From the NCBI GenBank assembly GCA_046563655.1, contig CM102285.1:9052001-9116000 (forward strand): a stretch of 64,000 nt of DNA, given 5' to 3'. This DNA is from Yuukianura sp. NJ FZ-2021 (Eukaryota). Under the pieces are notes generated by a model. That model made no database searches and was not told the DNA's origin. It saw only the letters and a program-made list of their open reading frames with translations. Below, one piece after another: positions 24,222 through 39,200 of this stretch. The position numbers and the translations under genes are program-made. Each line of letters opens with the position of its first letter. The first letter of the stretch is position 1.

Positions 24222-27200
24222 TTAGTCGAAGTCATCAAACTTTCCACCTTTGTTGAGCCCTGTTTCCACTTCGGGTGTTTTCTGCTTCTTGTAGCAATCG
24301 TCAAAGAATTCTTCTAGAGAGCGATGCAAGTGGATTTTGACTCCGTTTAAATTGTGTTGTTCGTCGGGATAAATCTGGAATTTTTTTTAGAAAAATGAAA
24401 TTTTGAAATCTCCAAATTTTGGGATTTGTTGGTGACTTACTTGTTGCCTAAACATGATTTTCTTATTGACGAGGGCCTTGGCCAGAAGCATGCTATGTTG
24501 AATATGAACGTTGTCGTCGCCTGTTCCGTGAATCAGGTAAAACATTTTCTTGTCGAAATTTTCAACGTTTCGAGTTATGTCGCTGTTGACGTAGCCTTTA
24601 TAATTGTCCGTTACATTTGGTGTTCCCATGTACCGCTCTGTGTAGGCAGAGTCTAGAAACCAAATAGAAAAACGACCAAACGTGAACTGGAGAAAGTTAA
24701 GTTAATTCAGTTTCAAATGTGCACCCTCGCATCTTTACTTTAAATCATTTAAATAAGCTTTTTAAATCATTTTTGAAATTGAAATTCTTAAATTTTGGAA
24801 TGAAACATACCATAAAGTTCCCATTTTGCAACAGGAGCAATGCTAGCTCCGCATTGAAATAAATTATGTTTGTCTTTATTGGTCATGATGAGGGCAGTGA
24901 GGTAAGCACCGTAGCTCCACCCGAAGATACCCACTTTATTTACTTCCACATACGGAAGGGAATCACGCAAGTATCTGCAAGGAAAAAAAAATTAATAAAA
25001 ATACTTCCTCCAGCGCCACCGTCCAGGAACAAAGTAAAAGTAACTTCAGAAACCTGGAAAGTGAAAGTTCGCTTTCACTTTGCGAGGTGGCGTGGCAGTT
25101 TAGAAGAAAAGAGAGAAAGTTGAAGCTTACTTGGTGATTTCAATTTGATCATCTGCCTCTAGATGACCTAAGTTGTGGTGAACTTCATGTTGGTAGTCAA
25201 ATCCACGACCACCACTGCCTCTTCCGTCGATTTGGGCTACGATGTAGTCCTTCTTCGCGGCCAAATATGTCGTAAACTCCACGCCCCACCGATCCAAAGC
25301 CAACTGCGTACCGGGACCGCCATATCTGAAATTCAAAATTTTAGATTTTTAGTTCAGGGTACCTTTGCTTTCAAAATACTTAGAGAAAATTATTTTCCGA
25401 AATCTTAGAAAGAAATTTACACGTTGACTATGAGTGGATATTGAGTAATTTCATCTTCTCGAAGTCCGGGAGGAAGCAGCAGTTTAACATGAACTGATTT
25501 TCCGGCCGTTAGCACCACTGGAAACGTTCTGACCTGTGGGAAGGCCATGTGACGGCTAAGGTTGAGTACAGCATCATTATTTTGTAGAACCTGAGTTTCA
25601 AAAAATTAAATGAATGAGAAAGTTGCTTTTGATCTCATCTGTCTTCTAAAAATAGAAGAAGCTATCTGGGACCTTTATAAGGCGGATTTTCGATGACGCA
25701 GGGTCGGGCATCGGAGGTGGGGAAGCATAGAGGGCTACATAGGGCACTTCTGCCCCACCACATTCCATCACAAAGTACTTCTGGGTGGGGCTAAACTTGA
25801 CTTTGGAGACAAAAGAACAAGACTTGTTACTGCGTAAAACTACGTTGTCTTTCGAAACGACGCGAGTGTGGAGGTCAGCCAGGTCTTCATGCCCCACTGT
25901 TGTCTTGCGAGCGTTGACACGGTCGAGTAGAACGTGGCCATCTTCACGCCCATCTTTGGAAGACGCCATGGCTGGGCATGTGAGGCATTCTGGAGCGTGT
26001 TCGGTATATGGTGGTTCCACTTTCACCCGATACAGTCTTCGCTCATTGGGATTGGCGGCTGTGGTGGCAGTGTAGTACCTGGAACAGAAAATAAAGTGAA
26101 AGTAGGGTATCACTTTACTCTATCATTATCACAAACTTTTTCTAACGCTTTTTGCAATAGAATATAGGTGCAGAAAATTGGAAAGTGAAAGTGAAATGGG
26201 ATACTTGTGTAACTTACACAAACTTGTTCGCTTCATCCCAGGCGTGTATCTTGATGACGTCTGAACTGCCGTGAGTAACTGGATGACTTCGCTTATACAG
26301 GGTGTCTACGAAGATCAAATGATCAAAGAAGCCATTCCCACCGTCACGGATCGGAACAACGGCCAGAAAGTTCTTCGAATTAGTTTCTCGGCTGCTAAAA
26401 ACTGGCAAGGGAATATTGTCCACCCAACTTTTCGGTTCTGTTTTCACAACTCGATACGCCTGAGATCAAGCCATAAAAATCAGTACTTTCATTAGCCTTA
26501 AAAAATTCAAGGAAAACTTTACAATTTTTTTGACCTCGTAATTTTCAAAGTCGTTTAAGATTAATAGCTACTTATATTTAAAATAGAAAGCTAAGTCTAG
26601 TGAAAGTTTTCAGAAAAAAACTTTCCAACTAAAACGCTCAATCAAACATTATGTACTTTATAGCAAATTGTTCACTCAAAATGTTGGTTTGGTCAGAACT
26701 CATTGATGAAGCGTAATAATTTAGCTGTCATGACTTCCTTTGACCCATTGCCAAATCAATTCCAGCCAGACTGTTGTGCTTTTGAAAAACATGATCCGCG
26801 ACTCAATTACAAAACCAGTAGTCCGAAACGCTGTTTTTCTTTCGAAACTCTCAAAATGGGGCACGTCGAATCAATCATGTCACTGCGACGTATTCAATCT
26901 AAACTTAATGCATCAATCCTAACCTAACAAAAATAAAAGACACACCAACTTGTTCCACTTCATATCCTACAACGTATGCACTGAACATCTATCGCTACAC
27001 ACAACGTCTTGCACACCATGGTGCAATTCAATTACAGCAGCCATGTTGCAGATTTTCTGATTTTCTAGTAATATCCACTTTTTCGAAGTTTTCAACTTTT
27101 TTTGTTAGAATTTTGAAAAAATGTGGTGAAAGTTTTTACCTCATGGCAGATTCCGGTTGAAATTGGACAAGTTGATATAATGGAAATGTTGTAAGATCGT

Positions 27201-30200
27201 GAAGTCCAAACAATGACGACGTCTGAGTTCCCAATCCATCCTGCTCCCACGATGTAGTACTCCCTAGAAATAATTAAAGATGCCAACGCAATGTTATTTC
27301 AAGGAAGGAAGATGAAGTTTCTCCTAGATCCGCAGCTTGTCATACCCACTAAAGCGCTGGGATTTTATCCAACCCCACCCCAATAGTAGCAGCCTAGTGA
27401 AAATAAAGTAAGCAGGCAGAAAGCAATATTGGATGACTGCCATAACTATATTTTTATTTCTTTGTTCTGCAAATCCACTAAATTCAGTCACCAATCTCAC
27501 TTCCCCAATTTGTATCTTTTTCCATCCAAGGCCTCCTGGCCATAATCTGCAATGCAGTAAAACCGGTTACTGCAAAATTCAAATGTGAAGTCAGAAAGAG
27601 AAAGTCAGAGCGTCGCTTTTCTTCATCTCGGCACCACTGCTGGGAGTAAAATCTAACGGAATCTAGTCTCAATCTAACAGAACTCTTATGGGAATGGAGG
27701 GCGCCATGAATAAAAGAAACGCATTTCGTTTCCTTTCCTTGCTAAACAAATGTTGTTTGACTTCTAGAATTCCACTAAAGAAAGGATCTTGACACACCCA
27801 GAAAGCCAAGGATTGAATTGGATCAAACACAATAATAAAAAACCAATTTTGGGCCGTTTGTCTCCCAATTTCTTGGGTCTGCGTTCTTCAATCCTCCGCA
27901 ATAACTTTTGTCTAATCATTGTAAACAAGTCTCCTGTTGTTTCGTTTATAGCTAAACACATTCATCACTAGAAAAGCTTCATGAAGACTTTTGACCTATT
28001 TCTTTTTGTGAGAAAAGACGCTGCTAGAATCCGAAAACACAAAATGACAAAATCAGTTTCCCAGTTTGTTTCTTTTGTCAAAAAGTGATTCTGAAAGGCA
28101 AGAGACAAAAGAGGAATGGAACGGGAGAAAACCTTTCAATTTTAAATTTCTAAGAAGAAAAGAGTTTTTCGGATCGGTGAAAGTGAAAGGTAGGAAATCA
28201 ATGTTCAATGTTGTGGTGGAGATGTGGTTTTGCAATTCCATGAAACCTGCCCATTATTTTCGAAAAGTGCTTTGATTCTACGAAACTTTATTGTTCGGAA
28301 GTACGTTGTTACTTGAAGCGTTATGGGAAAAGCACTCTTGACATTTTTATTGTTCTCCAAAACTGTGCTGCTGTAGTAATCACAAACGTTTGCTACTTCA
28401 AATCCCCATTGGCCAACAAGCTTTCAACTTTCACTTGAAAAAAAAACCGTTGTCAGATTTTCCAATTTTCTTAAAATCCAACTTTCTAGTCTCCGAAATT
28501 GTGATGGTTCACTTTGCTGATCTCTTCGTTATTGTTTTCATTTCACCTCGCGCAATGTGAAAACAAAATTTTATTCGAGCTGAACTGTGTTTCAGTTAGT
28601 CAGTTTCTGAAAACCCACGCATGAGTTATATTTTGTAGATTGGTTGAAATTTTTTAGCTACAGATTAGTCAAAAATTCAGCGAAGTGTGTACCTTTTTAA
28701 ACTTTTTTGAAAAGTAGTTTTAGGGAATTATGCGAGTTTGGAATTGAAAGCTTTCTATTTGCTTACTAGAAAGTTAGTGGAGGAGTGTTATTGGTGGAGC
28801 AGAGGAAATTGGGCTAAGTAGGTTGATGGATTTTACTTTCACTTGGCAGTGGAGCTGAATTTGAATGGATTAGGGAATCTTCTTTTCATGTTGGGTTAGG
28901 GACTAAGGGATCTCTGAGGCGAAAATGGTTCTTTTATCCTCTGAATTTTTTCCTTTTAACTTTTTTTCGTATTTTCTCCCACTTGGTCTTTTGTTCTTTG
29001 CGATTGAATTTAATTGAAAAGAGCTTTAGGAAGAAGAGGCAGTGGGAACTTACTGTGATGCTACGCCTTCCGGCGGTTCCAAGATCTTCCCTTTGAATCG
29101 ATTTCCTCCTTTCAGTTCACAGACAGTGGCTGTCACAATGGGGTTGTTTGTGCCAGGCTGAAAATATGAAACAATGAAAACTCTTCAACTTCCAAAGTCT
29201 TTTTGTAGCAAAATAACTTTTTGCTTCGAAATGCTTTTGAGAAAAACGAAGACTAATCGAGAGTCAAATTTATTCCACTTTCTTCGAAAAATGTGCCAAA
29301 TGTGTTTCGCTCATTAGAAAATCATAATCACTCATGGAAATTGTCTTTCACGTTGCAATCATGCAGTCGCGGATAAAATTGCTAAAAACTGAAACCATGT
29401 TTTTAAATCTCATAACCAAAGTACAGAAACAAGAAAATAGCTAAACTGATCTCACAACTCAACTAATCAGAGCGTTTGTTTTGTAGTCAAAACTTCAATG
29501 TGTGATGCAAAGATTTAAAGAACTGAATTTAGTTTTGTTAGTTTGTCTTTCAGTTTAAGCTATTTACTTAGATAGAGTGAAAGTGAAGTTGGGCATGACA
29601 GATTGGAAGTGAAACGTAAATGGAACAGTGTGACCTAATCCTCTAAATAAACCACATCTGAAAGTGCTTTGTAAGCTTCTCCTCTGCCGCAACCAAAAGC
29701 CTATGATTAGAACCTGTCAATTAGAAACAAAGTGGAGGTGGAAGTGATTACGCGGCATTTCCCTAACTCGAAACTGGTTTCGAACTAATTGTACACTAAA
29801 TAAGTTGCTTTTTCGGAAAACTTCAAATTTTTAGGTTTTGTACAACTTTCACCAAAGGGAGATCTTGTGATTTGTTTAAGATTAGTTGGTCGCTGAGACG
29901 AAACTAAAGTTGGAAGTTGTAATATCGGACATTAGATTCCTCTTGTTCCTTTCTTTTTTTCTTGCATAAGTTCATAAGCTCCTAGAAGTTTTATTTGCCT
30001 AAAATAAGCTAGCTTGGTAACTTCCGGCCTTAAATGGGATTTCAAAATTTTAGAAGAAAAAAAAACATAGTAAAAGCAGTAAAAAAAAGTTAACATGTAA
30101 CTCCATGGGGTAGGTTTTGGAAAAAGTTTTACTTTATTAAAAAGTTTCAAGAGTGAAAGTGGTGAGTTTACCTTAGGGTACCTCAGCGTCCTGACTTGCG

Positions 30201-33200
30201 GATACTGGAGCGGCTTTTCTGGATTTCCGTACTGGAGCAAGTGATGCTCTCCCACGAGGGAGTCGTTGAACGTCAAGAACAAAAGACGTTGCCCATCAGG
30301 GGAGAACCACAAAGCGGAATTACTTTCCAGCACTTCTTCTACAGTCATTACAGGGGCACAAAAGAAAATGTTCGTTTTAATTTTAACTTCTTCAAATCAT
30401 GTTTCTCTCATTTTGTTTCCAACTTTTGCTTAACTACGAACAACTTCTGCTGTAAATGCATTTTTAATTGATCGACAAACTTTTCAATCACTGCGGCGCC
30501 ATTGAAGAAAGCAACGGCCTGCCACGGCAGGTTGAAAAGACAAGGGTATGTACCCCCACGTAATAGTGTTTTTATAAATAGGTTTAGATATGGAACCAAT
30601 CAGGTTGTCAGAATTCGCCTCCAACAGCCAATCGAAGCGTCAGAATTCGCCTTCATATATCACCTTATATCCGGTGATGGCGGGAAGAGAAATCACTCCA
30701 CATTACACCTAGGCTATAACAGTGATCACCCCATATTCCAAAATCCCACTCCACTCGGTGAAACTCGTGAGGCCGAGTAAACATCGGAGAGGGGGGAGCT
30801 GAGGGAAAGAGAAAGTTTTCATTAACACCTTTCTCCACCCTTTGGCGGTTCAATGAGGATGCTTTCTTCAATGCTGCGGCGCTAACAGACGCTTTATTTG
30901 AAACAATGAGCGGTACAATAGGAAAATTGCCTACACTTTATCAAATTACATGTCGCCTCACATAAAAACATTGGGAGTGAATCCTTAAAAATTTCAGAAA
31001 ACAGCAGTTCAGTCCGACATTTAGCTACCGTAGTTTTGTAAAATTAATTTCGAAAAACAGCAGTCAGCAACATTTTTTTTAGGAAAAAGCTGATCACGGG
31101 TTAGGTTATGTGCGTTACCTTCGTACAGCCAGTCTGGAATCCCATTGTAGATGACCCCAGCCTCTGCTGAGTCTGTAATTCTGAGGACCGCAGTGTCATT
31201 TGGCCTTTCCTTGTAGTAAATGTCTCCTTGGTGTACAATTACCAAGGAACTCGCCGTAGGTGCCCACTTGACCAACTGGAACGTTTCGTCCGTGCCCTGT
31301 GTCTCTCCAAGGACCAGGGGCTTTGGATCCCTAAAAAATCAATGAACAATCCAATACAACTAGTCGAACTCTCGGTCCATTTATCAGGAACTTAAAGTCT
31401 TGAAGTTGCAGAGAGGAAGGAAACGGACCGTGTCCGCAAAACTTATTTTCAAAATAAACTCTCATTCTGCCTGTTCAACCCAATCGAAGAGGATTTTAAA
31501 TCTTTTTTCTTTTGCGTTCCCAGAAAATAAGCTTTTGGTTCTGGCGTATGTTCTACTAGGAAAAAATTCAGAAAGTAAGGATTTATGATTCGGAGAACTA
31601 AGAAATAATTGAGTTGTTCAATTCGAATCCCCCCAAAAAGTTACTAACGATTGAGTAGGCAGAGCATTTCAGTTTGAGCAGCGATCTGGGAAAGACGCAT
31701 AGATTCAAATCAGTATCAAAAACCAAGTTTCCTTTCTAAGAAAACTTTTCAAGCGTACAGAAGCGGAAATGAAGCGTTCGGTTTTGTTCAAAACCCGAGT
31801 TTCATTTTCACTCAAGTAGCATGGAAAGACTAAAACGCGTATTTTGATTGGTGAACTGGAGAAAGTGAGGTTTGACGTGCGCGTAACTAATGATTTCTCA
31901 AGATGTAATTTGTTCTTCTTTGAAACTACATGACAAATGTGACCTCATACACTTTGAAATCATTCGAAGAAAGAAATAAAGCAGACCCATGTTTTTTTGC
32001 TTTCTTTTGTAGCGTAAATCTGATTCCGAACCAAAAAAGCAGATGGTGTTCTGGATTTAAGTTGAAATTGAAGTTCAATAGAACTTTCTCCAGATATTTG
32101 GAAACCGCAGTTCCATTTTCCTTGGTCCAACTATTCCCTCTGTGTCGTCTTACATTTGATATTACATTATGATTTTATGGGTTTCTGCATAAAGCAAGAA
32201 CTTTCTTCCACTTTACTTCTGTTTTGAATTGGAATCCAATAAATCTATATCGTAATCCTATCATGTACTCAATCGAATTGGAACCATGAATAAATCCAAG
32301 GAAATTACTTGAAAAACGTGCACTTTATAGAACAACCAAAACGGATAGCCTCGACAGACTAGAATTGCCCAAATGCGATACTACTTTACTAAACGATTTA
32401 TGGAACAGTAAGCATGCTAAATGAAACTGAAAAAATTCACGATAGGATGAGAAATGAGAAGAGAAAGCTAAAATAATTTTGAGCCAACGAAGTGTAAGCT
32501 TTAGAAAGTTTAGCAACCCGCGTTAAGATCTTACCCTGTTGGAATATCCACGTAAGTGTACTTTGCGTTGTAAGAGTAACGATGTACCTGGAACAAAAGT
32601 TCATAAATGTTCATTTTGAATTGAATTTTGTTGTTTACTGCTAAATGAAAAACCGTTGACGTGAGTATAAGTTATGGGTTCAATATTATGCATAGTAGTA
32701 GTTTGGGCACTTACCTTTTGAATGTCATGAATAACAAGAGCGTAGAGATGATCGGCTGAGATCGTAAAAGACGATGGATCATAGCGTGTCTAAAAAACAA
32801 GCGTTGGAAAATGGTGAAAGTTTTACAATGTGAAATTCAAACACGAACTTTGCTCAACTTGAAAAGCCTCCAGCAGATCCAATCCACTTTCCCCAACCTC
32901 CGGCACTTTCCATATGAAATGAAATGAACCAGCAACTAGGGGTTGGATGCAATAACGAACAACCTATTTTTGCTCTATTGCATGAACAGTTTTCAATAGC
33001 TGGGTCAAATCTAACCGGAATTCAGTGATAGTGTCATAGAGTCATGTGATTTCCATACTGCTGACTTTAATGCTAGTTTAACCTTTAGCCTAACGCGAAT
33101 CGAAAGCACAATTACGAAATTGTACAGCTAAAAATTTTGGTCTTGATTTACTCCGAATCGGATAGCAGAAAAAATAACTTTGTAAACACACATTTCAATT

Positions 33201-36200
33201 TCCAAAATACTTTCTTGTTCCAGTGAAATGCTAAAATTCGGACCCACTATAAAAAAGGTTTCAAAATTCGCTGTCTTCTGTATGGTTTTGGATTCTCAGT
33301 TGGAAAATCAACACGAAGTGGATCCTATGTTTCTATGAACGACAAATCTTTCCATTCAAAGGCCTTTATTCCTACAATTGCTAAAATAATCTGCGCCCTA
33401 CCGACTGAACTTCAGGATCTTGGAATTGGCAAACCATTTGAACACTTCCGGAATGCCCTTCACAAGCATTTTCTGAATTTACAAATCTTGACGACGACAA
33501 AAAGTTCAAACCTAGCAAATATGTCCTATCTTGACTCTACCCTAAGTAATTCTTTTGTCTGAAATAATTTTAACTTTTAATCTTAATTTTACCAATTCTC
33601 AAAACCTCTTTTTAAGTTGCCTCATTTTTTTTTCTTTCTCAATATTTGTATCATTACCTACTAATTAACTAAAGTACACATCCTCCAATTAACTAAACTT
33701 AAACTCAAGTGTAATGGCCTGCATGCAGGGTACTTGCAGTGTAATAAACTCAAACTCAAATTCAAACTCAGTTGGATTCTAGCGACGGGTTGGATTTATT
33801 TTCGAAATTAAGCTTGATGCGAGTTGTGAGTTTGCAGAATTCGGATTGACAAAGGAAAAGTAAGTAGTATCTGGTTATAGACTTGCAAATACTCAAGTAG
33901 TCAGAATGAATTTTTGTTTGGTCCCTTGTTCAAACCAAACACGGGTAGTGGGATTTCTTTTTCATCTGTCCTGGCCCGTACCTGCTGCTATTGATTACCT
34001 GTCTCACAACTTTTTGACATGAATAGACCGCATTCCTGTCCCATGTACTTTCACTTGGCGTTTGTTAAGTTATTTAGCACAGGACCTAATATTCTGACAG
34101 TTAGCCCAGAGCTCACGAAGTTTTAATTAAACCGGCACGAACCTGGTGGTCCAACTTCCATGCCAGGAGTTCAGTCAAACCAAAATTTACTTTTATATAA
34201 AATCTAATCACAAAAACTTTTCCAGTCATCAGCCCACTGACTTCGCAGACTCAAAAGGACGGAGTTGAAAAGTTGAAAGTGAAAGTGACAGTTTCTCTTT
34301 TGAGATATGACTGTTATCTGAATGTCGCCAAATGCTTTCTTTCCGCCTCCCTTGAGGCAGTGGTAACTACTCAGCTCAAGGACATCATGTGAGGTAAATT
34401 TTCTGGAGGAAAGTAATTTCCTGTCGCGTGAAGCTACTGCGTAATCTCCTGCAGTTACTCTATCCATTCCAAGATGTAACTTGTAACCCTACCACTGTTG
34501 CCTAGCAACTTCCAAGTCCCGAGCATGTACACAATCCCTGGACAAGATGTGCCATAAATCCCATACCTGGGACTCTTGTCACATGCATTTGTTTCTTTCA
34601 AGTTTTAGCAAAGTCCCACCATGCACGAGAGTAAAGGAACGAGAGAAAAGCAATTTACCATTGTGAAATTACTGACGATCCATCTCCGCTTCATGGTCTG
34701 CACGTCCAGAACCCAGATTCCACCAAAGTCGTCACGAAACACCCATTCAGTATCTGTCCAGTCCACAAAGGAAATTTGTTACTTTGTGTATGTTTCAGAA
34801 AGCATTGTATTTAAATTGAAGCCAATAAATATGGATTAAATTGTCCAGAGACAAAACGACAAAATATTTCTAAATATTTTGGAAATTTTGGAAAACTGGC
34901 CAAATCGTTTCCATTTTCCATAACCCTGGTTTTATTTCCTTGGCAGAGTTCCCATACTTCATAAATTATATGATTCCAAACACAACTGGAACGGATTAAG
35001 TATCTGGAACTTGAGCAAAAACAAAAGCCTTACTGCGTTTATGTTACAAAAAAGACCTCGAGACCTTCTACGGTCATAAAAAGCAATAACATTCAAGTGA
35101 TAAAAATGTAGGGGAATGTTTGTATAAAAAAAATCTTGCTTAAAAATATCATTGTCCGAGTGGCCAAAGTAGGCTGCGAATTGGAGTGAAAGTAATATCA
35201 AGAGAAAGTGGAACTTTCTTGCTCTAATCTCATAATCTACACTTGTAGCAACTGCGAATTACTACTAAGGACTTTAGTCTATTCTGGATCACGTTCTGAC
35301 TTAATTGTAAGATTAGTAAAGACCTTCGCAATCCGCTGAAAACAGATTATTATTATTCTGACCGTGACTTTCACTTCTCCACTTGTTACATACTAAAGGT
35401 CATTCCAAAAAGGCGTGCAGTTTTCAATTAAAATTTTAACTCTGCAGAACGTGATTCATTAAAAAAAATAGGAAAAGGCCACTCTTTGCTAAATTTAACT
35501 AAATTTGTGCTTAGCTAACGCAACTCGTTCTGGAAACGTTTTAACGACCTTTCTTTTACTTCTGTAATTGGGAAAATTTTTAACAATAATAAAAATTTGG
35601 CAAATTTTTACCTGAAATCCAACTCCCGTTCATGTGTAATGGTTGGAAATCTGGACCAAAGATGTCTTCTAATTCAAACCTTCTGCCTTTGACTCTTGGT
35701 CCGAGGTCTGGTGGAGTGAGTAGAACGACGGAAGTGACAATTAGGGCCAGTACGGATGAAATGACGAGAACTGCTATGATGATGCCTTTCCAGTTCCGGT
35801 CACTGGGACTTGCCACGACCAAATCCTAACATAAAGTAAAAGTAAAGAGGGTGAAAGGTCAGGGGTTGAAGAGGATTTAGACGTCATGTCTTGCGTGTCA
35901 TAAGTGTCAAGGATTCTTCCTCACAACTGTCCAACTCCATATTTTTGTTTTCTTTTGGTTCAACTGACTTTCTTGACTTCAATCGATAATTTCCAAAAAC
36001 AGAAAGCAAAAAACGTTTTTCACAGAGAAAGTTGTACGTTTTATAAGAACATTCGTATGGTTTATATTTAAAGAAAACCAAAAATGAATGTCTCCCGGCA
36101 GCACCCTTGAGATTTTTTTTCCACCGAAGCGGAATGGAAAGCTTTCTTTTGTTTTTCTTCTCAAAAGAAAAAAGCCGAAACGAATGCACTGTCAGGATTG

Positions 36201-39200
36201 CCATTTAACTCAAAAGTCAACTCAATTCACCCAGAAATTGTTTTTAAATCATTAACAATAAATGCAACTTATTTAGCACATAGAGCATAACGGTTACTTA
36301 AAAATAAGTTAAGTAATGACGAAGCAAATAATTTGCGCAAGTCTTTTGATAGACTGCTTAAAATTTCTCTCAAAAAGCTATTTAATCTGCTTCTATCTAT
36401 TGAAAGATTACATGTAGTGAAAATGCCTGTTGATGATTGTGGGTTCGGGAAATTAATTATAGTTAAAACTTCTGTTTTTTTTTACAGATCAAATTAAAAA
36501 TTTACAAATTTTTATGAAGTTTTTGTTTGCTTACCTTGAAAGAACACGCCTATTTTGAGTTCATAACAATTTTTTCAAACTTGAAAATTTGAAAAAAAAA
36601 TGAGTCTACCTACATTTGTTTTCTTATGAAATCATGAAATCCAACACGAAATCTGCAACTTTGTTATTACCTGTTCCTCCATGAGAGCTAGTTGTTGAGC
36701 TGCCAATTGGGAAGCCTTGGTCATTGGAACAGTACGCCCTGCTTGGTCAACCGTGCCCTGTGGCATCTTGTTCTGAACAAGCGTAACCCAGCTTGTGACC
36801 TCCAGAATTTTACTTTTCACCCACCTCAAACACAATGGACCATCAGACTGCAAAGTAGGCACCACAACCGGAGAAGCTATTTGATTCTGACTTAACTCGA
36901 TCGTACAAAACCCATACTCTGTCCGAACCACCATGAACTCAGTACATTAAAGCTTCAGATCAAACTCGAATAGGTTAGGCTTAACCTAACTTTGGTCCAA
37001 CAAAGGACTCCTCGAGAGAGGGAGTAACTATGCCTCTGATCTCTGCCTGGAGGATGACTGATGGGGAGGAAATGAAGTGTGTGGGACTTTATACTTCCTT
37101 TCTCCACCCGCCGCTTTCTCCACTGCACAACATTTGTAACCAACTGATGCACCTTGTGTCTACAAGTACACCAGCAGCACCGAAGGATGCTCGTCTGCCT
37201 TAATGTATCCTCTCCTGCCAAATAATGTATTGAACCTTGGTTACTACCGATCCCAACCACTTTCTTCTCGCTTTCTCCCGCACAATAGACTCCAACGAAC
37301 CAACTTTACATGCGCCACCCAATTGTAAACTGCCTCTCTATCCAAATCCCTCGCTTCTTTTTCTCAATCTATACAACCATAATAGGATCTCAATTTTTGA
37401 ACAGAACCTTCTAATGATGCTTACTAAAAAACCCAGCGAAGGTCTAACAAGGACTTGAATCCTGCTTGTTCAACATAAGAGTACTTCCTGGGCATCATTA
37501 GCCGCTCTCATAAACTAGTATCTAATGATAGAGTGTTATTCTACTTCAAGTTCTATGACGTGGAAAAGAGAAAGTTTGTTTTTTCAAAACCAATTATTTT
37601 TAAGCCCAACCTGGGCTTTGTGTTCAATCCCTATGAAAAAAGCTATTCCTAAACCCTCCAGGAAGCAAGAGTTAACAAAAGTGAAAGTTAAATATTCTTT
37701 CGCACTAGTTCCACACGACCTTGTTCTGAAAAGGTCAAACTAAAGTTAATTGAAACGTGTGGGGGAAAGTATTTTATTTTCAAATTTAAATGACTAATGG
37801 TTCCCTTAAGTAGCTCAAACGAGAAACTGCAGAATCTGAAATGTAGCATTTGGGGAGAAGTGCTTTTGAAGAGACCTCAATTTCAAACCGCACCAAAGTG
37901 GAAGAGCTTTTGGTTTTGAGTGATAAATGGCATTAGGAAGTCGATGTTTTTGGAGAGCATTAGACGAGGTAAGTCCATTTTCAGAAGGAAGTGTTCCAAC
38001 ACGAAACAAGTTCCGGAGCAGGGCAGGACGAGAGATCCATCTTGCTCCGCCACCACTAACTTCCAAATCTCTCTTACCATTATGGATACGACGAAAGTAT
38101 TTTTTAAGAACAATTTTCTTACCTCCTGCGGCTATGTTCTAGAAATGTTCAAGTGAAAGTTCTCAGGGAGGAGGAACAGTATTGTCATGGCCTATCATCG
38201 TCCATTCAATGTTAAATGAATTATGACTCTACAGGATTTTCATGCACCCCAAGGGATAACCTAGGTTCTCATGGAGAAACTCTTTGGTATGGTTCTAAAT
38301 TCAATTTTGAGAATAGTCCGCTTCAGGCAATTACTTTGAAGAAAGTGGACAAGGATGAGTAAAAAAAATTTACGGAGTATTTTTCCTTCAATTTCAAACT
38401 TTTTGAACTTGTCCAGAACCTTGGTGTAATGTTGCGGAAAAATGGGCGAAGAGAATGGGGCTGTTGAATTATTAATACTTGCAAGATCTATTGTTCATCT
38501 GACAGTATTCATGAAACCTAATCCAATATTTAGTACTGTCCAAGAGTAGCGTAAGATCGAAAAAGTTTACAAAAAAAAACAAATTTTGAAAGTTTCAAAA
38601 ATTCAAAAAATAATACTCCAGTAAACCTTCTCCAATTGTCTACTTGACGTAAATACAACTATCAAACCTTTCCTCTTGAGTTTTGCTCAAACTTCATAAA
38701 AATTTTGCTTGACGTGAGACTAAAAAACTGAATTGGTGAAATCCAAACCGAAAATGTTTCGTTTACATTACATGATACTTTGATCAGCCAATGAAATTTC
38801 AGAAATCCAAAAACGTCACAGTATCCGGTGAAAATTGATTCGGAAAACAAACTTCCGTTTCCATTACCCGCTCCAACCAAGCTTTTGTTCAGCTTACTCA
38901 ATTTCTAATGGACACGATAGCATTAAGGTAAGACTCAGGTTTCACAGAAAAAATTACACCCAATCCCTGATGCCAAATTTCCCACACGCTACACTCGGCC
39001 TGGAAATTACTTTCTGTAAGCTTAGTACACTAAAAACCTCCAGGACTAAGACCCACACTCTAAATTTTATTTGGTCTTCCGTGCAGAATGTGGAAAAAGC
39101 AAAGAATCGCCTCAAGGTGTCAAGGAACTAAATAGAAGAAAAGGCTTTTCACTTCCAACTCTCATTTTGGAATGCTAGTCGACTGTAAAGAGAAAGTGGT

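Noticed and set aside
35884..35940. MELDSCEEESLTLMTRKT as a first exon of the DPP4-like gene
   Set aside because: It ends in a stop with no consensus donor in frame with the exon at 35825.
36955..37510. GC-richer segment with short ORFs, possible retroelement remnant
   Set aside because: No RT or endonuclease motif, TSD or tail recognised. More simply explained as 5'UTR/promoter of the alternative exon at 36934.
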